64,000 nt of DNA, taken from assembly GCA_013911065.1 (NCBI GenBank), contig JACERV010000012.1:21123-85122 (forward strand), written 5' to 3'. A model generated the notes under the pieces. It searched no databases and was not told the DNA's origin. It worked only from the letters and a program-made list of their open reading frames with translations. Origin of the DNA: Ruminococcus sp. (GTDB lineage: Bacteria > Bacillota > Clostridia > Lachnospirales > Lachnospiraceae). Position numbers and translations under genes: made by a program. Positions 40,517 to 50,562 of this stretch are shown here, piece by piece. Each line of letters starts with the position of its first letter. The first letter of the stretch is position 1.

Positions 40517-41544
40517 TATTCAAACTCCCTCCTTTGTTTTCTTGCAAGATAAAGAAAATAAGGAACTCCTATTATAGAAAAAATAATTCCGATTGGGGTT
40601 TCATAAGGCTTGTTAATTAATCTTCCAATTAAATCCGCTATAACTGTAAGCAAAGAGCCATAAAGTGCTGAAGCAGGAATAATGTATCTGTAATCCACTC
40701 CTATCATGTGGCGGATCATATGGGGTGTAATCAACCCGATAAAGCCTACCGGGCCTACCACAATAACAGAAAGCCCTGTAAGCACCAGGACAATCAGTGT
40801 AGAAATCCCTTTCACAGTTCCTGTTTTCAGCCCCAGGCCTGCTGCCACTTCTTCCCCCAGACTTAAAACTGTGACCGATGGCGATATTGCAATCGCTGCC
40901 ATCATACCGACAGCAAAAAAAGGGGCTACAATCAGAAGTTCACTCCATTTAGCTCCCGCAGTACCTCCTGCGGTCCAATAGGCCAGTGCGTGTCCCAAAT
41001 GGTATTTAATGGACAAATACTGGCTGAAGGCACCAAACAGCATGGAAATGGAAATTCCGGCCAATACCAGTCTTTGAGGAGTCATTCCTCTTTTTCCCAT
41101 AGAAGCAATAAAGTAGGTCATGCCGGTAGTAACCGCTGCCCCTATACAGGCAAGCAGCATTTTTCCTCCATAGCTTCCAGAAGGAAAGTATGCCATGGAA
41201 ATAGCTATAGCAAAGGTGGCTCCGCTGCTGATTCCCATAAGACCGGAGTCAGCAAGGGGATTACGGGTCGTTCCCTGCATAATTGCACCACATACCGCAA
41301 GGCTTGCGCCTACAATAATGTTTGCTGCGGTACGGGGAAGGCGAAGAGTCTGGATAATCTGATGTTCTGTCATTGCGGGATTAAATTTAAAAATTGCTTC
41401 CCAGGCAGTTGACAAACTCATGTCGGCAGCACCGAGTGAAACGGAAGCTGCCGACATAAGCACCAGTAAGACAAACCCTGCCGCCATATAGATTGTAAAA
41501 CTTACAACACCATGACGTGGTTTCTTCTGGGTGTTCATTTGCAT
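40516..41544 (-). CDS. FecCD-family iron-chelate ABC permease
   Basis: Paralogue of the downstream permease. QTLRLPRT motif. Confidence 0.88.
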   Translation of the reverse strand: MQMNTQKKPRHGVVSFTIYMAAGFVLLVLMSAASVSLGAADMSLSTAWEAIFKFNPAMTEHQIIQTLRLPRTAANIIVGASLAVCGAIMQGTTRNPLADSGLMGISSGATFAIAISMAYFPSGSYGGKMLLACIGAAVTTGMTYFIASMGKRGMTPQRLVLAGISISMLFGAFSQYLSIKYHLGHALAYWTAGGTAGAKWSELLIVAPFFAVGMMAAIAISPSVTVLSLGEEVAAGLGLKTGTVKGISTLIVLVLTGLSVIVVGPVGFIGLITPHMIRHMIGVDYRYIIPASALYGSLLTVIADLIGRLINKPYETPIGIIFSIIGVPYFLYLARKQRREFE

Positions 41545-41579
41545 TGTTATCTTGTTCCTTTCAGAGATTTATAAAGCTT

Positions 41580-42557
41580 TTACTCAACAAGAGAATTGAT
41601 TGCATTTACAATATAATCTAACTGTTCCGTCAGACTCGTAACATCGGAGTAATAGAAAAGACCAAGCATTTCACCAGGAATTTCTGCTACGCGGCCTTCC
41701 TGAACTGCAGGAATACTCTTCCATATCTCTGTCTTCGCATATTCGGATTCCTTTCCTTCCTGCTGGAACCAAAGAATATAATCCCCAAAATATTCATGGG
41801 CAACTTCATAGCTTATGGAACCTCGGCCTTCGCCAGTTTCTTCTATCAGCTCTGTCAACTTTTCAGGCATCGTAAGTCCCAAATATTCATAGACCACAGT
41901 ACCACCTCTGGATCCCGTTTCATAATACACACCGCTCCATTCTCCGGATGGGCCCCAATCTTCCATAATACTAAAAGTCTTTCCTTCAAAGTTTTCCCCC
42001 TTCAAAACTTCCTTTGCTTCTGTAAGCTTTGTGGTAAAAGTATCAACTGCTGCCTCTGCCTCTTCTTCCTTCCCGGTGGCTTCTCCAAGAATGGTAAGAC
42101 GTTCTGTCGGCTCAATGTCTTCTGTTACTACAAGTACAGGGGCTATTTTACTGAATTTATCAAAGTCTTCTTCACTATAAGTAATAATAAGATCCGGTTC
42201 CAGAGTCATAACATTTTCAGGCTCCCAGGAATCAATTTTGGTAGAAGCCAGCAGTTCTTCATAAAATGGCATGCTTTCCTGCTCCCATGCATTATAACCT
42301 ACCAAATTCAATCCAAGTGTTATCACTTCACCTACATACCAGTTTGCTACCACTCTTTGGGGATTTACAGGAACTTCAATATCCCCTTTTATGGTACTTA
42401 CGGTTCTTGTGCCAGTTTCTCCGGCTGTTTCAGCGGCATCCTCTTCGGCAACTGAATCGGATGTAACAGCGGTATCTGTATTTTTTGTATTACCGCATCC
42501 TATTAAAACAGAAACAATCAAAACTGCTGTGCCTAAAACTGATAAAAATTTTTTCAT
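41580..42557 (-). CDS. Iron-siderophore ABC substrate-binding lipoprotein
   Basis: Lipoprotein signal MKKFLSVLGTAVLIVSVLIGC. Class III SBP size and operon context. Confidence 0.8.
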   Translation of the reverse strand: MKKFLSVLGTAVLIVSVLIGCGNTKNTDTAVTSDSVAEEDAAETAGETGTRTVSTIKGDIEVPVNPQRVVANWYVGEVITLGLNLVGYNAWEQESMPFYEELLASTKIDSWEPENVMTLEPDLIITYSEEDFDKFSKIAPVLVVTEDIEPTERLTILGEATGKEEEAEAAVDTFTTKLTEAKEVLKGENFEGKTFSIMEDWGPSGEWSGVYYETGSRGGTVVYEYLGLTMPEKLTELIEETGEGRGSISYEVAHEYFGDYILWFQQEGKESEYAKTEIWKSIPAVQEGRVAEIPGEMLGLFYYSDVTSLTEQLDYIVNAINSLVE

Positions 42558-42775
42558 AAAAGTCTCCTTTAAATATATTTTTTAATTAACAGATGCGCGC
42601 CTATTCTGTTTTGTTAGTTAGATACAGCTAACTCATTTGAAATAGTAGCATTGATTTTATAAAACGTCAATGGCCCTTTCAGAAAATGCAAGAAGTTTCA
42701 TTTTCTTTTGCTACTTGTTTTACATGTAATTTACTGGAATTTTCATTAGAATTATATATTTTATTTTTTCAAATC

Positions 42776-42831
42776 GGAGTATCACTCAATCATATTGGAG
42801 TATTGATAGATTTTGACCCTCATGCTATAAT
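42776..42831 (+). promoter_or_regulatory. Promoter of the AraC gene (TTGATA, 17 nt, TGcTATAAT) preceded by two GGAGTAT direct repeats spaced 21 bp
   Basis: ggagtat at 42776-42782 and 42797-42803. -35 at 42803-42808 and -10 at 42826-42831. Confidence 0.55.
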
Positions 42832-42864
42832 GAGCCATATTTAAAACAACGACGGAGGGTAAAA

Positions 42865-43833
42865 ATGGATGAATATACAAAAACTTCCTGGAGGGGATTT
42901 GCAGAAAAGTACAACTTAACGGATGCTGCATATGGCAGAGGCCTTATCTACTATTTCCCTCCAGACTGGTCCCATGGATGGATAACAGAGATGAACCCTG
43001 CAAAGGGATTGTATGGGGCCAGTACCTGGTTTACCCCCAACCAAACTATGATTCATACCGTGGAGACCGACAAGCCTTGTATGTGGATTCTGTGTATCGA
43101 CAGTGGTGAGATTACCTATACCCAGCAGGGTAAAAAAGCGGTTACGCTTTCAACGTTTAACCATGTTATTATAAACCCCGGGAAGAAGTTTAGATTTACT
43201 TTTAAAAAAGATATGCATTACTGTTTTACCAGTGTTCTGATTTATGATGACTTTATAGACTCCTATATAAAAACCCGGACAGATCCGCCTAAAATCAATA
43301 TAGAAGATGCCAGGCAATGGAAGGATATAAATTATAACACCCCCGATACTCTGCTAATTATGGAACAGATCCGATGGAATGTACGGAATGCAGATATCCC
43401 TCTCCTTGGCTATGAAGGAATGGTATTGCATCTTCTCACTTGTATTGTCAGAAACTTCCCCCAGGTACCTAAACGCAGAAGCGAAAGACGTCATTATGTT
43501 ACATGGGAATATGAGCAAAAAGTATATAAGGTGAGAAACCGAATTGACCAGGATGTTTTACATCCTCCTGCCATGCAGGAATTATGCAGGATAGCCGGTA
43601 TGAGCGAAAGTAAGTTAAGGCTTTCCTTCAAAAATCTCTATGGAATGGCACTGTATGATTATATCAGAACGGAAAAAATGAAAAAAGCCATGCTGCTTAT
43701 GGGTGATGATCACTTAAGTATTAGAAATATTGCTGAAATCTGCGGGTATAAAAATGCTGCAAAATTTACAGCCGCTTTTAAGGAAGTTCACGGGATAACT
43801 CCAAGTTTTTTCAGAAAGTCCTTTAATTTATAA
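42865..43833 (+). CDS. AraC-family transcriptional regulator
   Basis: C-terminal double HTH (..LCRIAGMSESKLRLSFK...IRNIAEICGYKNAAKFTAAFK). It is divergent from the siderophore operon. Confidence 0.88.
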   Translation: MDEYTKTSWRGFAEKYNLTDAAYGRGLIYYFPPDWSHGWITEMNPAKGLYGASTWFTPNQTMIHTVETDKPCMWILCIDSGEITYTQQGKKAVTLSTFNHVIINPGKKFRFTFKKDMHYCFTSVLIYDDFIDSYIKTRTDPPKINIEDARQWKDINYNTPDTLLIMEQIRWNVRNADIPLLGYEGMVLHLLTCIVRNFPQVPKRRSERRHYVTWEYEQKVYKVRNRIDQDVLHPPAMQELCRIAGMSESKLRLSFKNLYGMALYDYIRTEKMKKAMLLMGDDHLSIRNIAEICGYKNAAKFTAAFKEVHGITPSFFRKSFNL

Positions 43834-43927
43834 GCAAGCTTTTTGATATCATACTCTTCTAAAAGAACATCAATATATTCTTTTTCCCTTCGCTCATTGA
43901 TTCTCGTTTTCTTCTTGCCATAAAAAC

Positions 43928-43963
43928 AGCCTTCTATGATAGTATATTTTATCATAGAAGGCT
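43928..43963. terminator. Hairpin terminator
   Basis: agccttctatgata-gtatattt-tatcatagaaggct (14-bp perfect stem). Confidence 0.65.
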
Positions 43964-44014
43964 ATTACATTTACTATTTTACGGACTTTTTTACAGGCCC
44001 CTTTGCCCCTTTTC

Positions 44015-44437
44015 TTACTCTGCTTTTTCGATGATAATACGATCATCCTTGAACGTCAAAATATCTCCCGTAGCTATTTTTTTATAATCTTCTTCAGAAA
44101 TATTGCGGAGTGCCATCCCGCGTCCATACATTTTTTCACCGATCAGCGGCCCTAATGCCAGAACTGGTTCTGCTTCCAAACATAATATTGCAGCGGGTGC
44201 CGTTCCTCTCTTAACCATTTCTATCAGAACCCCGGACCCTGAACAAGAGCCCCGATCATAAGGAATACATAAAACCTTATTTGTTAACACCTCTCCACAC
44301 AGGTCGTGGTGAACATCCAGAATCCGCCCTGTGACAGTATCCACGCCTCCCCAGAAGCTTAACGGCTTATTTGAAACAAGAGCCTCTGCTTTCGGATTTC
44401 CTTCCAGTAATACCTTAGTATTTTTAATTACTATCAT
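44015..44437 (-). CDS. Aconitase X swivel-domain subunit (DUF126)
   Basis: LSFWGG.D...G.I.D.HH...G....NKVL..P..RGS.SGS motif. It overlaps the upstream large-subunit gene by 4 nt. Confidence 0.8.
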   Translation of the reverse strand: MIVIKNTKVLLEGNPKAEALVSNKPLSFWGGVDTVTGRILDVHHDLCGEVLTNKVLCIPYDRGSCSGSGVLIEMVKRGTAPAAILCLEAEPVLALGPLIGEKMYGRGMALRNISEEDYKKIATGDILTFKDDRIIIEKAE

Positions 44438-45696
44438 TTGAGCCGCCCCCCTTCTGGCTTTTTCCCTGTCAATGCGGCTTCTACACAGCCTTTCATATCA
44501 GCCATTGTGATATTGACTCCGGCAATGGAAGGAGCATATTGTGCTGCTTTGCCTGAATTTGTTACAAAGTGCTGCCCTTCCCATACTCCGTCACATTCCA
44601 TTTCCATCAGGCAGGTATCTTTTAAAATCACTGCTCCGGACGCTTCTATCGTTTTGGATACTCCGGCCCTTTGAGCCAAATCATATACCGTCTGATTTGT
44701 CTGTATCCAGAATTTTGTATTCTCCGATACTTGTTTTCCTTCTATTAATTCTGCTATTTCCCTCACTTCCGGGAATGAAAGATGTGGACATCCAACGAGA
44801 ACAAGATCTACCTTATCCTTCTTCGCCGTATTCAGCCGCTCTTCCATCTCTTGCATCTCTTTTGGTGTGATCTTCACTGTTTTGTAGTCTTTTTTACCCT
44901 GAAATGCAGTTTCTAAATCCGGAGCTTCCGGTGTTATTCCTACTACATGGAACAAAGCTACCGCACCGCCGGATGCTGCCGCTGCCGACAGTGACTTTAA
45001 ATCATCCGGCATTGTATGTTCCGGGAGACCTTTAATGACGGGAACTTTATTTACCACAATCTCTCCTACCAAATATCCAAGAACTGCATAATCCACACTG
45101 TCCTGAAACCACTCTTCGTCAAAGTTCTCCAGCTCAAACAGCATATCTCCTGCTCTGTTCTCCTCAATGTACAGTCCATATTCAGGAACACGTCCGACTA
45201 CCGCACAACACACATCTACAAGGTCCGGAAGTCTTTCGGCCCTTGCTCCAATCACTGAATTGACATAATTCACTGCATTGGATTCGGACCAGCTTACAAC
45301 TTCACCAAAACCGGGTACATTCGTACATTGGTAGGGAGCACACGTCCATGTGGGAATGACCCCAAGCTTCAAATATGCATCTTCAAGCCGCCTGCTCTTT
45401 TCAGCAAATCCCTCCGTAGTACCAAGCTTTTTCCAATCAACAATGTCTCTGGAAACCGGGTTAATTGTAGTTGGAACGGCAACCCTGGCCCCATTGTTTA
45501 ATAAATATTCAATAAATTCTGTCCCAGCATCCCATATCGTCGTATAGGCAGCAGCATCAATATGAGCATTTTTAACAGGCAAAAAGCGTTTTGCCCCAAA
45601 TAGTTCCCCCATTTTGACAAGAATCTCCATGGCCTGTTGAACACCCTTGCCCATCTCCCCGTTCAACATGCGCTGTTCATCATCCGAAAGTCTCAT
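44434..45696 (-). CDS. Aconitase X catalytic subunit (DUF521)
   Basis: MRLSDDEQRMLNGE.G N-terminus and the size are typical of DUF521. Start set at the ATG at 45696, which follows AAGGAGGG. Confidence 0.78.
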   Translation of the reverse strand: MRLSDDEQRMLNGEMGKGVQQAMEILVKMGELFGAKRFLPVKNAHIDAAAYTTIWDAGTEFIEYLLNNGARVAVPTTINPVSRDIVDWKKLGTTEGFAEKSRRLEDAYLKLGVIPTWTCAPYQCTNVPGFGEVVSWSESNAVNYVNSVIGARAERLPDLVDVCCAVVGRVPEYGLYIEENRAGDMLFELENFDEEWFQDSVDYAVLGYLVGEIVVNKVPVIKGLPEHTMPDDLKSLSAAAASGGAVALFHVVGITPEAPDLETAFQGKKDYKTVKITPKEMQEMEERLNTAKKDKVDLVLVGCPHLSFPEVREIAELIEGKQVSENTKFWIQTNQTVYDLAQRAGVSKTIEASGAVILKDTCLMEMECDGVWEGQHFVTNSGKAAQYAPSIAGVNITMADMKGCVEAALTGKKPEGGRLK

Positions 45697-45790
45697 GATT
45701 GCCCTCCTTTGTCGTTTCTGCTTATTAAAAAGCAAAGCAAATACAGCTCCAAAAACCAGCTTCTTTATAGGAGTTATCATATCAATTCGT

Positions 45791-46669
45791 CTATCTTTTG
45801 TCAATCTGGTGCAAAACAGCTCTTTTGGTTACAGGTATCCAAACCTCGAATTCAGCCTGCTGAGGGTCAGGGTTAAGATACACTTCAATATCCGGCCCAT
45901 TATCATATTCGTAACCGGAGGTAGGGAGCCATTCCGCTACAATGCGCCGTTCTAACTCTTGAATAGCCTGAGGACAAGCACCTTCTCCGGGGAAAATTGC
46001 CCAGGTAAAAGCCGGTACAATATACTCTTCTAAACCTTCATCAACTGGGGCGGAACTTGAAACAGCAATAAAATACTTCCATTGCTCTTCATCATTACAT
46101 ACACTTACCCCTAAAACTCCCATGACCGGGGAATCCATCATCCCCGCCAGCTTCTGAATTGTTCCATTCACCGCCGCATCCTGCCACATTTGCGGAACAA
46201 TCATAAAATTTTCTTCAACTTCCTTGTGAAGCGGCTGGGATACACCAACAATCCGAAACGCTTCTTTCTTTTCAATACGATAATTCAATTCCTCAACTCC
46301 TTTAACCATAATTTTAAACATGAGCGGCGGAAAAGATTTTACAGCCACACCACCGCCTTTTACAAGTGACGGAGCAATTCCATGAACAGTCTGAAAAGCC
46401 CGGTTAAATGCAGTAGGCGAATTGTACCCATATTTTTGAGCAATATCTATAATTTTTTCGTCACCACCCTGCAAATCTACCGCAGCCAATGACATTTTTC
46501 TCCTGCGGATATATTCAGACAGCGGAACATTCGCCATGTATGCAAACATTCTCTGAAAATGGTAGGCAGAGCAGCAGGCTATTTTCCCAAGCTCCTCATA
46601 ATCAATTTCCTTCGTCAGGTGTTCCTCAATATAAATAATCGCTTTGTTTAACCGTTCAATCCATTCCAT
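45791..46669 (-). CDS. AraC-family regulator with a C-terminal GyrI-like effector-binding domain
   Basis: N-terminal HTH pair (..IACCSAYHFQRMF...IDIAQKYGYNSPTAFNRAFQ), followed by a GyrI-like half of about 150 aa. Confidence 0.85.
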   Translation of the reverse strand: MEWIERLNKAIIYIEEHLTKEIDYEELGKIACCSAYHFQRMFAYMANVPLSEYIRRRKMSLAAVDLQGGDEKIIDIAQKYGYNSPTAFNRAFQTVHGIAPSLVKGGGVAVKSFPPLMFKIMVKGVEELNYRIEKKEAFRIVGVSQPLHKEVEENFMIVPQMWQDAAVNGTIQKLAGMMDSPVMGVLGVSVCNDEEQWKYFIAVSSSAPVDEGLEEYIVPAFTWAIFPGEGACPQAIQELERRIVAEWLPTSGYEYDNGPDIEVYLNPDPQQAEFEVWIPVTKRAVLHQIDKR

Positions 46670-46824
46670 TTTTGTCAGCTCCTTCTTTATCATTATAAAA
46701 ACTATTTTCCATTTTTTCCTCTCTTTCTCTGCACAAAAAAGAGAGGTTGTTCTTGTTTATTTTTAAGTATTACATATCTGGAAATTAAGCGCAAATGTTT
46801 TCTTCTATTCTCTTTCTGCTACAT

Positions 46825-46852
46825 AATTAGGCTGCCAACCGGCAGCCTAATT
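46825..46852. terminator. GC-rich hairpin after the permease gene
   Basis: aattaggctgcc-aacc-ggcagcctaatt (12-bp perfect stem). Confidence 0.55.
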
Positions 46853-46922
46853 GCAAAATACTAATTTAATTTTCCTTCAGCATAAGAGAGAAATAGTCTT
46901 ATTTATACATTCTGAATGATAT

Positions 46923-47888
46923 TTAATCGAAACTTTGCCCTTTCAACGGCATTTTCGGGCATCCATACTTCTTTGCCCACCAGCTTGTAATGAGCGGAGC
47001 CAAAATGCAAGTAATAACAGTTGAGGCAGCAACCTGAACAGTGGCAGATGCAACAAATGGCTCCCATGCCGCATCTATAATCGCAACTGCTGCCGGTACT
47101 CCAATTGCATTCCCCGCAGTTGTGGATACCGCCCATGCGGCATATCCGGGCCTTCTTCCAACAACTCTGTCGAAAAACACGATAAAGAACCCTCCGATAA
47201 ACACGGTTGTAAGTCCAAGCAAAACGCCCGGGAAACCTCCTTTTATAATGCTGGAGAGATCAATACCTGCCCCTAACGCAAAACCTATAAGTGGTATAAT
47301 TGCGGTTCCCATAGGAGAAAATAACTCCCGGAGTCCTTTATCTAAGTTCCCCAGCAGCATTCCTAATAAAATAGGAATAATTGCCGCCAGCAAAGACATA
47401 AGCGGGATACTCGCCAAACCAGAAGCTCCTAATGCAACTAACGTAAAGAATGGTCCGTCATTTAATGCCAGCAATGGAAAACATCCGCAATCTGCTTCAT
47501 CGCCATAATTCCCCATCAATGTTAAATAAACACTTCCATTACTATTCGTAACTGCACTAATGATTGCCAAAGTTGTCAGACCAAAAATTCCTTCCATGCC
47601 AAACAATTTACCAATAATAATTCCCAGCAGGGCTCCAACCGCAAACTTTGAAGCAAGAAGTATGCCACCCCGTTTTAATACTTTCGGCATATCTTTTACT
47701 TGTAATGAAGTTCCCATACAAAACAATTGTGCCCCCAATAAGGTAGAAACTCCTGCACTAGAAAATAGTGCTGTTGTAAGCCCTCCTATCTGCAGAGCCC
47801 CTGGAAACAATGTGTTAATTAAGCTGCCTAAAAGTAGTGGTACGACCATCATTCCGGCCGGAATCCTTTTTAAAAAATTTAATATCAT
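46923..47888 (-). CDS. KdgT-family (2-keto-3-deoxygluconate permease family) acid-sugar transporter
   Basis: The LKRIPAGMMVVPLLLGSLINTLFP N-terminus and about 10 TM helices are typical of KdgT. Confidence 0.82.
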   Translation of the reverse strand: MILNFLKRIPAGMMVVPLLLGSLINTLFPGALQIGGLTTALFSSAGVSTLLGAQLFCMGTSLQVKDMPKVLKRGGILLASKFAVGALLGIIIGKLFGMEGIFGLTTLAIISAVTNSNGSVYLTLMGNYGDEADCGCFPLLALNDGPFFTLVALGASGLASIPLMSLLAAIIPILLGMLLGNLDKGLRELFSPMGTAIIPLIGFALGAGIDLSSIIKGGFPGVLLGLTTVFIGGFFIVFFDRVVGRRPGYAAWAVSTTAGNAIGVPAAVAIIDAAWEPFVASATVQVAASTVITCILAPLITSWWAKKYGCPKMPLKGQSFD

Positions 47889-47946
47889 ATGTATGCCTCC
47901 TCATAATATTTGATATTTAAGCACAATAATTTGCTTTTCAATCTTT

Positions 47947-49296
47947 TTACTCTCTCCTCGCTGACTCAAGTAAAAGTCTTTCAACAATTTCAATTCCGAT
48001 GTCATCACTGCCGCAAAATCCTCCTTTTGCAACTAGCGGCATCCCATGGTACTTTCCAATAATTCTTCCCACATCAATTTGAGCCACAATATTATCCATA
48101 GCCTGTATGCACTCTACTTCAATTTCCCTGCACACACATTCCATTGTGTCTCCTCCCGTCAGGAAAAGTCCAGCTACCCGCTCCTGCCCAACAGCCTCTA
48201 AAACTCCTTTGGCGATTTTTGCCAAACCTTTATTGATTAGTCTTGAAGCTGTTCCTGCTTCATAGCTATGTCTTTCATCCTCCTGTTGTAAATCCACAAC
48301 CATATGCAAAGCTGTTTCTGCAAGAACTGTTTTGGGCCTTGGCTCCTGATGAAAAAGTTCTTTTATCTTTTGAACTGAATTCTCAATCTCTTTTTGTGCT
48401 GTTTCACCTCCTTCTATCAGCGCAGCAGGGGATACTCCTACTGCTATATTTCTATCATCTGCTTTGCACAAAGTTTCCACTTGAACCTTTGTCGCCGGAT
48501 TAGCACTGCCGATAATTGCAAATACAGTCTTTCCTTCTTCCGGTACAATCCCCTTGGGAATATTCGGCTTTTCTTCTTTTATAATTCCTCTTTGGTAAGC
48601 CAGCTTCATGGTAAATGCTCCCGGATCTACCGCCAGTACATTCCAATTAAGGTCAACACACACTTTGGCAATCCTGTCAATATGCTCCAAAGTAATAGCA
48701 TCTATAATTAAGACTTTATGACCTTGCTTTACCGCTTCTTTCATCTGATTTCTAAGTGTTTCTTCCCCGTTTAAAACATTGCCTAATGTAATCAGCCCTA
48801 CCCTGCGTTTTGTCTGCTTTTTTATTAAATCCAGGACAAAGCTTTCCGTTACAGGTGTCTTAACATCATTGGCAACAGGTGTCTCGGTTAAAATCACTCC
48901 ATCAATTACGGAATATCCGCCTATGCAAATTCTTCGTGACTGGGGCATCGCCGTTACCATGACTGCTATCATATCGTCATCTAAGGTGTCCAGCATTGCA
49001 TCTATCTCAACCCCGATGCCGCCCCGCAGTGTAGTATCAATTTTTTTTGAAAAGTATTGAATTCCCATATTCTTTAATGCCCGGGTTGCCTGGGAAACTT
49101 TTTGATACGCTTCCTCCGGTTTTAAATGTCTGCTATTACTGCTGACGTATATTGCATCCAGCTGATTCGCCCCCTGAAATGCCTGCACTGCCTCCGGGTC
49201 AAAAAACAATCCTGTTTTCGCCTGTGACCTGGCTACTAACACGCCTGAACTTGCCGTTCCTGTAAAATCGTCTGCCACAACTCCAATAATTGCCAT
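47947..49296 (-). CDS. Four-carbon acid-sugar kinase (DUF1537 family, DtnK/OtnK-like)
   Basis: VVADDFTGT N-terminal motif. Length 449 aa, adjacent to a PdxA-family gene. Confidence 0.82.
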   Translation of the reverse strand: MAIIGVVADDFTGTASSGVLVARSQAKTGLFFDPEAVQAFQGANQLDAIYVSSNSRHLKPEEAYQKVSQATRALKNMGIQYFSKKIDTTLRGGIGVEIDAMLDTLDDDMIAVMVTAMPQSRRICIGGYSVIDGVILTETPVANDVKTPVTESFVLDLIKKQTKRRVGLITLGNVLNGEETLRNQMKEAVKQGHKVLIIDAITLEHIDRIAKVCVDLNWNVLAVDPGAFTMKLAYQRGIIKEEKPNIPKGIVPEEGKTVFAIIGSANPATKVQVETLCKADDRNIAVGVSPAALIEGGETAQKEIENSVQKIKELFHQEPRPKTVLAETALHMVVDLQQEDERHSYEAGTASRLINKGLAKIAKGVLEAVGQERVAGLFLTGGDTMECVCREIEVECIQAMDNIVAQIDVGRIIGKYHGMPLVAKGGFCGSDDIGIEIVERLLLESARRE

Positions 49297-49307
49297 GATT
49301 TCCTCCT

Positions 49308-50324
49308 CTACTTCTTTTCCAGTAAAGCCTTGGCATGCCGCACTGTTGAGTGAATAGCTGCCGTCATGCTTACATTTGTTGCAATGCCTTTTCCTGCAAT
49401 ATCAAAAGCGGTTCCATGGTCCACAGAACATCTCAGCACCGGCAACCCTAAGGTTACGGAAACAGTCCTCTCTAAATCTAAGGTTTTACACGGCATATGC
49501 CCCTGATCGTGATACATCGCTAAAATTGCATCAAATTCTCCTGTTTTTCCTCTTGCAAAAAGTGTATCGGGAGGAATGGGACCTGTCACATTAATTCCCC
49601 GTTTCTTTGCTTCCTCCAATGCCGGTATGACTTCCCGCAGCTCTTCGTCCCCAAATAATCCACCTTCTCCACAATGTGGATTAATTCCGGCAACCGCTAT
49701 CAGAGGATTTTCTAATCCTAATTTTCTAAGCTCTATATCCATTCTTTCCAATTCATTTAAAATATTTTCTTTTGTAGCATATTTAATTGCATTCATTAGT
49801 GACATATGTCTGCTTAAATGAAATACCCGCATTCCAAGACAGTCAAACATCGTCAGAACATATGGCGCCTTTGTCCCATCCTGGTAAATTTCCGTATGAC
49901 CTTCCTGCTTTACACCTACCATTTTTATGGATTTCTTATTAATAGGAGCGGTAGTCACTGCATCAATCTCCCCCGCAAGACCTAATTCAATTGATTTATT
50001 AATTGCATCAACAGCAATCTGCCCCGCTATCTTCTGCTCTGCCCCCCACTGAAGTTCACTTAATTCATACTCTCCAGTTTTAACCACATCAATGGTACCA
50101 TGCTCAAATTTAGCCTCTGATACCTTTTCTATTTCCCGCAACTTGATGTTTTGCTCCTCTAACACTCCCTGAGCTCTTTCTAAGACTCCTGCGCATCCAA
50201 TGACCAACGGCCGGCATATTTTATAAATCTCTTTTTCCCTAAGGGTCCGTACGATGATTTCAGGTCCTATCCCTGCCGGGTCGCCAACTGTAATTCCGAT
50301 AATTGGCATATGTAATTCTTTCAT
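49308..50324 (-). CDS. PdxA-family 4-hydroxythreonine-4-phosphate dehydrogenase paralogue (PdxA2-type 4-phospho-D-threonate dehydrogenase candidate)
   Basis: GDPAGIGPEI and MYHDQGH motifs. Start set at the ATG at 50324, which follows AAAGGAAAGGG. Confidence 0.85.
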   Translation of the reverse strand: MKELHMPIIGITVGDPAGIGPEIIVRTLREKEIYKICRPLVIGCAGVLERAQGVLEEQNIKLREIEKVSEAKFEHGTIDVVKTGEYELSELQWGAEQKIAGQIAVDAINKSIELGLAGEIDAVTTAPINKKSIKMVGVKQEGHTEIYQDGTKAPYVLTMFDCLGMRVFHLSRHMSLMNAIKYATKENILNELERMDIELRKLGLENPLIAVAGINPHCGEGGLFGDEELREVIPALEEAKKRGINVTGPIPPDTLFARGKTGEFDAILAMYHDQGHMPCKTLDLERTVSVTLGLPVLRCSVDHGTAFDIAGKGIATNVSMTAAIHSTVRHAKALLEKK

Positions 50325-50336
50325 ATTTCCCTTTCC

Positions 50337-50418
50337 TTTCAATCGGTATATTTGTATTTTGTTTTTCTTTCTATTAGTATATTATTATTTTCAATCGAAA
50401 TCAATATGTTTTCAATCG
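50337..50418 (-). promoter_or_regulatory. Promoter of the pdxA2-kinase-permease operon (TTGATT, 17 nt, TATACT) embedded in three TTTCAATCG repeats
   Basis: Repeats at 50337-50345, 50389-50397 and 50410-50418; the latter two are spaced 21 bp. -35 at 50399-50404 and -10 at 50376-50381 (minus strand). Confidence 0.6.
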
Positions 50419-50562
50419 TCTTTTTTCACAAATTTATTCCCTTCTTTTTGTTGCTTTCTTCCAAAATCTTTAGACTTAGAAAGCGCAATTTTTTTGTTTG
50501 CACACAAAAAAGACCACTGCACAATGATAGTGCAGCAGCCTTTTAACAGCTAACCTTTTCTA

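Noticed and set aside
41796-42455. 219-aa plus-strand ORF
   Set aside because: It lies entirely antisense to the siderophore SBP gene, has no recognisable motifs, and has a biased Phe/Cys/Ile composition.
43788-43955. 55-aa minus-strand ORF (MIKYTIIEGCFYGKKKTRINERREKEYIDVLLEEYDIKKLAYKLKDFLKKLGVIP)
   Set aside because: Its start lies inside the terminator hairpin, it has no RBS, and its 3' end overlaps the AraC gene on the opposite strand. It may be a gene remnant, but nothing supports it.
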